Shown here: piece by piece, positions 54,790 through 64,000 of the stretch | How the letters are laid out: each line of letters begins with the position of its first letter | Numbering within the stretch: position 1 is the first letter of the stretch | Origin: Eledone cirrhosa | Taxonomy: Eukaryota | Assembly: GCA_964016885.1 (NCBI GenBank) | Contig: OZ024740.1 | Span: 224,440,001-224,504,000 of the forward strand | Direction: 5' to 3' | DNA: 64,000 nucleotides | Position numbers and translations under genes: made by a program | The notes under the pieces: model-generated | What the model was told of the DNA's origin: nothing | What the model saw: only the letters and a program-made list of their open reading frames with translations | The model's database searches: none

Positions 54790-55230
54790 ATCATTCACAC
54801 AATTGGAGGATCCTCTCAACCTTTTGTTAGGCAAGACTTCTGCAGCTGAATGCCCTTCCTATCACTTTATCTCGTGTACAAGTGCTTTGATTGTGTGCAT
54901 CACCAACACTAGAGAGGTTGTCTTGTTCTTGAGACAACTGAAGTGTAGTGCCAATCCTTTCATTGGCAAGCTATCTACAGCTTGATGCTCTTCCTATCAT
55001 CAACTCCTTTACAGCATATACTGGGTGTATTTGTTATATTGATCACCTACACTAGTGAGGTTGTGTCATGGACGCAACTGAAGGGTCGTCTCAACCCTTT
55101 TTGGCGTGTTTTCTACAGCAGGATGCCCTTCCTATCACTAACCACCTTATAGGGTGTACTGGGTTTATTTTTGTGGCCCTGTCACTAGAGAGGTTGTTGG
55201 TCATTGTCCCAACTGAAGAACCCTCCCTGC
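54790..55230 (-). repeat. About 135-140-bp tandem units derived from the RTE 3' tail
   Basis: Three repeats of CTACAGC..GATGCCCTTCCTATCA...ACTAGAGAGGTTGT on the plus strand; related to 1235-1350. Confidence 0.65.
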
Positions 55231-55689
55231 TTTGTGGAAGAGGGTGATATGTTTGAAGTTAAAGGTGTATGTGGTAGTGAGGTTGATAATATGAGGGGGA
55301 GTATTGATAGTTAAGGATTAGTAGTGAGGGTGCCTAGGTCGTAGAGACAGTAGCTACTAATATACAATAGTAAGGGTATCTAAGGGCTTTAAAGAGGGAG
55401 TATCTAAAGAGTAGTAGTGGAGGGAGCACAGGTGGGGTGCAGTTATGGTGAGGATAGCTGCTGGGGATTGTGAGCAGAAGTGGTGGGAATGTGGACAGGT
55501 CATATAGTATGCTTGCAGCTGTGTTTCATCATCACATCATAGTGCCAGCAATCTTTCCAGCCTTTGCATGTTCTATGCAGTCAAGGCCCATGTTTCACTA
55601 GCATGTTTCATTGCAGTTCACAAGTAGGCTTCATACAATCTACTCTTCACTTAGAGAGAAGCCCTTGGTTGTCAGCAGAGATAACAAGC

Positions 55690-56090
55690 TCTCTAACTTT
55701 TTCTTTCTCTGATACTGGCTATCTCACTTTCATTGCATCCTCCCCTGCTGCTAATTAGATCGTTTAGGTAAAAGAACTGTTGACAATTTCTAAGGAGCCT
55801 CCCTGGAAACTGAAGGAATATGATTCATGTATCTTCTTAGTGCTTAATTCTCCTGTGCATCTTTCTCTTATCTACCTGCAATCCCATTATATCTCTTGTG
55901 TGTCCATATATTACACTGTGTGGACCTTATAGAATTACTGCCCACCCCTTTCTGACATATTGAACAAGGCTCCTTCCCTGAAGGTATCACAATCTTTCTC
56001 TTTCCAACATATTATGACTTTCGTCTTTGATAAATTTTCTTTTAGGCTTTTCAACTCTAAGTTCTTCTTCCATGTTTGAAAGTTTGTGTC
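55690..56090 (-). mobile_element. Decayed RTE LINE fragment (PHD region)
   Basis: Reverse complement collinear with 62470-62830. Confidence 0.65.
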
Positions 56091-56230
56091 TGTAAGAAGA
56101 ATCTCTCTATATATATATTATGGGTGGATTGCCAATGGGGTTGCAAGGTAACCATAGTTAAAAACGTTAATCCCCTCAAATCCCTTTCTCTGCCTCCAGT
56201 CAACATTCATTCCAACAAAACTATAAATAA

Positions 56231-56262
56231 CTAGCAGTGGTAACCGGCGTTGCACGGGATAA
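56231..56262 (-). mobile_element. Helitron-type 3' terminus
   Basis: Minus strand: hairpin CCG-TGCAACGC-CGG, 10 nt spacer, CTAG followed by T; 5' end not located. Confidence 0.55.
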
Positions 56263-57554
56263 GGTATTTTGGAATGTGGGCTGCCAATAGACCTAATCGT
56301 GGAGAAACTGCATGCCTGGACAATATGTAAAGAAAATAAACCGAATACTCTGATGGTATATACACAAGTATATAAAGTTAATTTGATAATGCTTCAGATA
56401 TTGCTATCAGTTGAGATTAATGGAAAAGATTGTCCAGTATTGAGTATGCAATAGCTATTAAGATGTAAACTCCTCTTTATAGAAACAAAAAAGATGTGCA
56501 AAGAAGTAAATGAATAAAAAACAATTTTTTTAATTATCAAGAATTTGGAGGGAGTGAAACATATGACAGACAGTATAAATTTAAACAATGCTATAAAACT
56601 TGACAGTTTTGTATTATAGCACCGAGAGAGGTCTTTGGGCAGTTTCATATAAAAAGAGTAAAAGTTTACTTGCTACAGTTATTAGAATGAATTTTGTTAG
56701 CTCTAACACAAAAGATTAATATTTACATTTATGTAAGTAAAGTCATTAATGGAAAGTTTTGTTCTGTATTAAATCTGCAAATAAATGTTACTTTTGACAT
56801 TAGTAAGTATTATTCTCATTTATTTTGTAATACAACTTCAACTAGAAGCAACTAATACTAGATATATATAAACATTACAGCCAGAGTTCATAACATTTTG
56901 ATGATACTTAAAACTACAAGCTGCTATTAGAAATTGTAAACATTACTATTTCTTTTGAAGTATATTTACAACTAGAGACAGCATATCTGGCTTGAAAATT
57001 AATATTCTGTGTTCTATTTGCATTGTTAGAGATATCTAACTTCAATGTTTAATATTTCTGCTATTAGACGCTATGTCTACTTGCATCTGGGATTTACACT
57101 ACTGCTACAACTAATGACTGAATTGCTTGTTTAGATAAATACAATTTATGATGTTCTACGAGCATAAATACTCATCACTTAGATTTTATGAGCATGCTTC
57201 TTCCATTTTGAATACACATTGAACAGTTATAAGTGGCTTCTTACCTGTCAGTATACTGCATTACATTTGTTAATAAAAAACCCACTTCACATCTTTACCT
57301 TGTGATGTTTTCATTCTAACATATTAAAACATAATACGATTCATCACACTCAATTAAATTATTTTACCTTCATTTACCTACCACTACATGACTCCAGGGG
57401 TAAAAGCAAAGGGAGCCTCTGAGTGCTTAATCACAATTCAAGAAATATCAGTGAAATCAACCTCAAATCAGACCCTAACATTAGATAAGGTAAGGTGAAA
57501 CAGCACTATGCCTGAAGAAAAAGACAGGATGGCCATGACTAAAATGCTTTAGAT

Positions 57555-57860
57555 CAGCTTTCCCTAACCTTTTTGCACCATGGACAGGTGTCGTGCAAGA
57601 CAGTGTCTCCATGGGCTAAGGGGTGGGGGTCAGTGTCATTCTCATTCCTAACAAATCACAATAATTAATAAAGTGCATATTATATACTTTTATTATTCAT
57701 CTAATTATGACATGTATACTGTAAATGTGACTCAACTCAACATAAAGTAGACTGTGATAGGCAATAAAGCAGAAAAAAAATGCTATTCTTTCTGTGTGGC
57801 TTGGTACCAAATGGTCCATGACCCAGTACAATTCCACAGCATGGTGGTTGGGTACTGCTG
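57555..57860. mobile_element. hAT (Charlie-like) MITE
   Basis: CAG...CTG ends with imperfect TIRs and a perfect 8-bp target duplication CTTTAGAT (57547-57554 and 57861-57868). Confidence 0.85.
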
Positions 57861-58419
57861 CTTTAGATCACAGATATATTCAATCAGAGCTGACTTGTAA
57901 CAAAAAAAAAAGCAACATTCTTTGATACATGAGAAGCATTAAGACTTTAACAAAGCAGAGTAGAATTTCATATATTATGTTTAATACATTTTATATCGTT
58001 TTTAATATATTTACATTGTTTTATGTTATAATCATAGGAGGAAAGGTATCTTTTATGATTTTTTTTCGATTTTTTTAGGCAGGATGACTTCCAGGACTGG
58101 TTGACAGAATTTATCTGTAAACCAGTTGAATAGAAATGCCAGTCTATACAAAGTCTGAATGCTTGCTATATAACGAACCAAGGACTAAGTGGTATTGCTA
58201 AACATCATGTATTGAGTCCTTTACCCATTATTAATTTATAAAGACAGAAACTATAAACAAAAATTTAACAATCACAAGAAATTATATATTTTTAAAATGT
58301 TGTTATCAGTTTCTAAGCATATAAAAATAAACTAATAAAACATTTTTAGACTTGCAGTAAGGTTTTAATTAAGTTATATGTGTTAAAACCACAATGGAAA
58401 GAAAAAATAAATATCTTAG

Positions 58420-58627
58420 CACTTTAGCATTTAAACTGGCCGTATCCGACCAGAATTCTCTCACCTCTTTCTGTTCAAACTGGCCATAGCTGGCTGCCCA
58501 TACTAATGTTAAGGAATTGTTCTCAAAATAAATAATATCAAAATCTCATAAATTTGATATTATCTGAGATAAAATGTTTACCACAAAAATTCAATAGTAA
58601 ATATAGAGTAATGTAAATGCTAATGGA
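58420..58627. mobile_element. piggyBac-like MITE, degenerate
   Basis: TTAG-CACTTTAGCATTTA ... TAAATGCTAATGGA-TTAA. Confidence 0.5.
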
Positions 58628-59234
58628 TTAAACATATTTGCATACTAACATAACAGCGATTAATTTGTTATTATTTCTGGCAATATTATTACAACAATAT
58701 GACCCTCCTCAAGTATAACATACTAACATATATATGCATATTTTAAAAATAGTTACCACATATAAACAAAGACTCAAAGAAACAGAGAGAGTATATATAC
58801 ACAGAATCATGCTCAATGTAAATTTAAAAAAAACCTGTTAGCAAATTTTACAGCAGATATCAATTTAAAGTTTGCAAACACATCATCATCATCATTACCG
58901 TTTTATGGCCATTTATCTACACAAGCATGTGTTAGAGGAATCATTCCATTAGGAGATAATTCAGGTCAGATGACTACATGATGCTCATACAGAAGTGGTT
59001 TTGGCTTGGTTTTTCAATGGTTGGAAGCCCTTCCTTATGCCAGACACATTTACATCATACTGTTATATTTGTGATCCAGTGTTTTGAAGAGATCCGCAAA
59101 CTAGCTGTTTTATTTTGTAAAAAAAAAAAGAATCATCAAAAGGCCATATAATCCCTTTTTGGATCACTCAAGTGGCACAACGGCCCATTCTTCTTCTCAG
59201 ATGCACTGGCATCAGCTAACAAGCCAGCATTATT

Positions 59235-59778
59235 TATTGGATTGGCAGTATCGGTAGAGAGTCGGACGCCATGCTTTCCAGCATAGTTACGTCCTCCCTT
59301 TACAGTCTGAGTTCAAATCCCGCCGAGGTTAACTTTGCCTTTCATCCTTACGGGGTCGATAAAATAAAGTACCAGTAATGTACTGGGTAATTGATGGCCT
59401 TGTGCCAAAAGTAGAAACAATTATTTATTGGATTGGCAGTATCGGTAGAGGGTTGCATAGAGTTATGGCCCTTGCCATTCTGAGTTCAAATGCCGCCGAG
59501 GTTAACTTTGCCATTCATCCTTACGGGGTCGATAAAATAAAGTACAATAATACACTGGGTAATTGCTGGCCTTATGCCAAAAGTAGAAACAATTATTTAT
59601 TGGCAGAATCGGTAGGGCATCAGACACCATGCCTTGCATCATAGAGCTCTTTGTGTTCTGAGTTCAAATTCTGCCAAGGTTAGCTTTGTCTTTCATCCTT
59701 ACGGCGTCGATAAAATAAAGTACCAGTAATGCACTGAGATAATTGCTGGCCTTTTGCCAAAAGTAGAAACAATTATTA
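59235..59778 (+). mobile_element. Head-to-tail array of three ATT-tailed SINEs
   Basis: Three copies joined through AAACAATTATTTATTGG. Confidence 0.9.
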
Positions 59779-60251
59779 CCTTTTAGAGAAATTAGCTAGG
59801 ATATTTAATACATGATCATTTTTACTACCATATTTTTAACAAAAATATACTGCCTTTGTGTATTAATCATCAAAATAATCACTAATTATGAGAGGTTTAG
59901 AGAAATAACTAACTTAATCTTAATAAACAAATACTGAATTCTAATATGGTCTACTTAACTAATCTAATAAATCTAAGATTATCTATTTAACTACTGAAAT
60001 CAAATATTTTCTAGTATATAATAATGAGATTTCAGACTAAGTGTTAGATTTTAATTTAAACACTTTAATAGAGGCAGTTTGGTGCAGATTAATATTCATA
60101 TTTTAAGAGACAATCCTATGTCAGCATCATATGAGTCAATCAACTAGTCTACTTATTTCAGTATCAGATATGCCCATGTTACTGTTTTTTTACCAATCAG
60201 TGATTCAGAATAATGCTGTTAATAACTAGTGCAGCTCAGAGAGTACCTCAC

Positions 60252-60313
60252 CGACAGGAATTATTGATGGCTATTTTTAGGCATTCAGTCCAATCCAGAG
60301 TGACAGGGCCAGT
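60252..60313 (-). CDS. Putative internal host exon (62 nt; TGPVTLDWTECLKIAINNSC-R)
   Basis: Acceptor TCTGGTCTGTATAG|, strong donor TCG|GTGAGG; phase 0 in, phase 2 out, matching the next candidate exon. Confidence 0.5.
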
Positions 60314-60695
60314 CTATACAGACCAGATATGTAGTATCATTTCACAGCATAGTGATAGTGATAGTGCTTCTTCATTTTATGCAACAGACATGGCAGCAAT
60401 AGGCAGAAAACCAGCTAAGAATTCATCTTCTCATATACAAAACAGTAACCAGCTTAGCAATGATAACTCTAGAAAATGGAGTCATTGCTACAATCAGACA
60501 GGAACTACCATTAGATTACCAAATTGTCTTTAGCCAACAGCTCAGATATAATTCTTGGTCACTTCATAAGCAATGGTTTCCATTAATTGTGCTGAATATA
60601 TTCACTAGTATGTATGTTTTCTTCCCCATACAGTATAGTTGCACTATACTCAAACACACACACACATATATATATCATATATATATACATATATT

Positions 60696-60728
<33 letters not shown>

Positions 60729-60789
60729 ATATATATATATATCTCATATATCATATATATATATTTATATATATGATATATATATATGG

Positions 60790-63753
60790 TCACGTTGAAC
60801 AACACTGTGATGGCTATGACGGAATCCATGGAGGCTATGGTTTTGGTACTAGAAATGAGGAAGGCTCCAGAATCCTTGAATTCTGTGACGCAAATAATCT
60901 AACTATCTGTAACACAAACTTCAAAAAACGAGACAATCACTTGATCACCTATAGATCAGGGGAACACGCCAGTCAGATAGATTATATCCTTACCAGAAGA
61001 CGAGACAGAGTGTCTGTTGTAAACACTAAATCCCTCCCCAATGAAGAATGCACCTCCCAACACAGCCTCATAGTTAGCGACCTCATAGTCAGGATGAGAC
61101 GTATTCGACAACAGAGGAAGACTATCCTTAGGAGAAAAATATGGAAGTTAAGGGACCCCACAGCCAGTAATAAATTTAAAAGCATATTACTTGATGCTTT
61201 TGACAGTAAGGAAGAGCAATTAGAGTTGTAAAATATAGAGGAACAGTGGGAATTCTGAAAGCTAACCTGCTGAAGGCGACAGAGGAAATCTGTGGCTGGA
61301 GCAGTCCTATAGGCAGGAGGAGAGTAACTTGGTGGTGGAACAGTAAGGTGGAGGAGTCGATCAAGGCCAAAAAGCAAGCTTGGAAAGTATGGCGGGATGG
61401 GGGAAGTAGAGAAGACTATCAAGTGGCCAGGAGGGAAGCTAGGAAACAAGTGTACTTCACAAGAAGGGAAGCAGAGGAAAGAAAGTTCAAGCATGTTCTA
61501 CAATGCGAGGACCAAAAACGTGAGGTGTTCAGGATTGCTAGACAATGTGTCAAGGAGAACTGTGATATTGTCGGGGAGAAGTGTGTCCATAATAATGATG
61601 GTATACTGGCCATCACTGATGCTGATAAGAAGGTAGCTTGGAAGTGTCACTACGAAAGGCTACTAAATGAGGAGAATAAATGGGAGAAAGACAGCCTCTC
61701 CCACATCGATCCAATAGAGGGAGCAGCAGTGCAATTTGAAGGTAGTATAATAAGTAAGGCAATCAAAGATATGAAGACGGGCCTTTGGAAATAGTTGCTG
61801 AAATGCTGAAAGCATCTGGAACGGTGGGACACACTATGGTCACCCAGATAGTAAACCAAGTTATACAGAATGAGGTCATACCAAAAGACTGGCAAAGCAG
61901 CATCATCATTAACTGCTACAAGGGTAAAGGAGACGCCCTAGATAGGGGAAACTATAGAGGCATTAAATTAATTGACCAGGTCATGAAGGTCACAGAAAAA
62001 GTAATAGCGCAACTAATCAGAGAGCGAATAAATCTAGATGAAATGCAGTTTGGGTTTGTGTCAGGTAAAAGTACCACAGATGCTCCTTTCATTGTACGAC
62101 AACTACAGGAGAATTACCTAGCTAAAAGTAAACCCGTCTACTTAGCTTTTGTAGACCTGGAGAAAGCCTTTCATAGAGGCCCCTGCTCCATTATCTGGTG
62201 GTCTCTTAGAAAACTAGGTGTAGATGAATGGCTTGTGAGAGCTACACAAGCCATGTATAAAGAAACAGTCAGCAAGGTTAGAATTAACAACGAATATAGT
62301 AAAGAGTTTAGCGTAAAAGTTGGTGTTCATCAGGGCTCCGTCCTTAGCCCCCTCCTATTTTTTATCGCCCTCCAATCTATAATGGAGGAGTTCAAGACCG
62401 GCTGCCCATGGGAAATTCTATACGCAGATGATCTAACGCTCATAGCCGAATCAATGGCTGAACTAGAGAAGAAATTCCAAACATGGAAGCATGGGTTTGA
62501 ATCAAAAGGCCTTAAAGTTAACTTGTCTAAGACTAAAGTCCTAATATGTAGGAAGGAGAATAGGGCGCTGGTTCCATCTGGGAAATGCCCATGCTCAGTG
62601 TGTAGGAAAGGAGTAGGCAGACATTCCATTTTATGTCCCAAATACAAAGTATGGGTGCATACAAGATGTAGTGGGATCACAGGTAAGCTAACTAAGAATA
62701 TAGATTTTATATGTGGCCGGTGCTCTGGTGCAATAGGTAGCAGCAAATGCCCACAGAATATTAGCTCATTCCATTTCCCAGATGGTTCTATAGAAATAGT
62801 GGACAGCTTCCGTTACCTGGGTGACAAAATCAGCAGTGTGGAGGGAGCTTAGAAAGTACAGTAGCCAGAGTCAGAACAGGATGGAAAAAGTTCAGAGAGC
62901 TTATACCACTATTGGCCGCTAAAGGTTTCTCTCTAAAAATAAAAGGCAGGCTGCATGATGCCTGCATACGAACAGTGATGTTACATGGCAGTGAGACATG
63001 GACCTTGTGTGCAGAGGATCTGTGCAGACTGGAGAGGAACGTAGCTTGCATGCTCCGTTGGATGTGTAATAGTAATATACGCGAACGGCAAAACATAAAT
63101 GAACTAAATGAGAAATTAGGAATAAGAGGGATCAGATGTTGTTTACTCGAGAGAAGGCTACGTTGGTATGGTCACGTAATGCGCATGAAAGATGACAGCT
63201 GTATAAAAAAGTGCAGAGCGATAAAAAAAGACGGTAGTAACGGAGTAGGCAGACCCAGAAAAACCTCGGTCGACTTGGTAAAATCCGACCTCACACACTT
63301 ACACCTGTCCAAGACAATGTCACTGGACCGAGATCTATGGCACTACGTAGTAATACAGAAGACCCGCCTTGCCTAAGTACAAAGCGTAACCCACAGTTAG
63401 TAGGCACCTTTTAACCAAAATACACCCTCGTCCCAACCCTACACCACCCCCTTTCGATGTAAAGCTATGTTGGTACCACAACATCCAGTCCTAAATAAAT
63501 GAGGTCATGTAGGTGTCATGACAAAATAAACACACAGTCCACGCTGTAATGTGGCCGTGTAGGTAACACGGTAAAAACCTCCCAGTCCACACTGTAAACG
63601 TGGTTGGTGTTAGGAAGGACATCCAGCCGTAGAAAACCCGCCAGACAGTCCTGAGCAAGACAACCAATCTTGCCTCAAGTGGGACAATTCCTGTCCAGAC
63701 CCATGCTAGGGTGGAAAATGGACGTTAAACGATGATGATGATGATGATGATGA
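60790..63753 (+). mobile_element. RTE-clade LINE, 5'-truncated and disrupted, (GAT)n tail
   Basis: HGGYGFGTRNEEG, SQIDYIL, NYRGIKL, QFGF..GKSTTDA, FVDLEKAF, GVHQGSVLSPLLF, LYADDL and RRLRWYGHVMR; UTR ends GGACGTTAAAC(GAT)n. Confidence 0.93.
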
Positions 63754-64000
63754 TATAGAGAGAGAGAGAATAGGGAAAGTGATAGATAGATGGATAGATA
63801 GGCAAACATAAATGTGCATATAATTCATATGAAATTGTTGAAAGGTGTATTCATCTTTAATTCAGTTGATTAATATGTGACTTACTCCTTTTCACTTTAT
63901 TTGTAATATTCAACCTTTTTTCTGTGCATTATCCCTGGATGTAGTATACTTAATTTTGAAATTGAAGCTTCATATCATCTATGTAATTTATCATAGCTGC

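Noticed and set aside
57240-57300. Extra minus-strand exon ending CAG|GTAAG
   Set aside because: Strong donor but no polypyrimidine acceptor, and stops close upstream in the frames checked.
58079-58133. Plus-strand terminal exon QDDFQDWLTEFICKPVE*
   Set aside because: Good acceptor but no partner exon or other support; such sites are common by chance in AT-rich DNA.

Overview
AT-rich, repeat-saturated eukaryotic DNA, not prokaryotic. The SINE/LINE families and (TA)n density suggest an octopod cephalopod, which is an inference. Most ORFs in the track are microsatellite artefacts. Supportable content: (1) three small phase-compatible exons on the minus strand (60252-60313, 48857-48905, 1710-1772), possibly the 3' end of an unidentified host gene, which would make nearly the whole window intronic; (2) a near full-length but disabled Tx1/L1-clade LINE plus a decayed copy, R4/Dong-type LINE fragments, an RTE LINE with a PHD-like finger inside its RT, and three Penelope-like elements (PLEs); (3) two tRNA-derived SINE groups whose 3' tails resemble the RTE and Tx1 LINE ends; (4) hAT, Tc1/pogo and piggyBac-like MITEs and a Helitron end. 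The strongest hidden signal is about ten type I hammerhead ribozyme motifs, mostly with palindromic stem III. Three sit in PLE termini and the others in ORF-less segments usually abutting (TA)n tracts, often in inverted pairs. All calls were made by eye; no searches or folding programs were run, and repeat boundaries are approximate.
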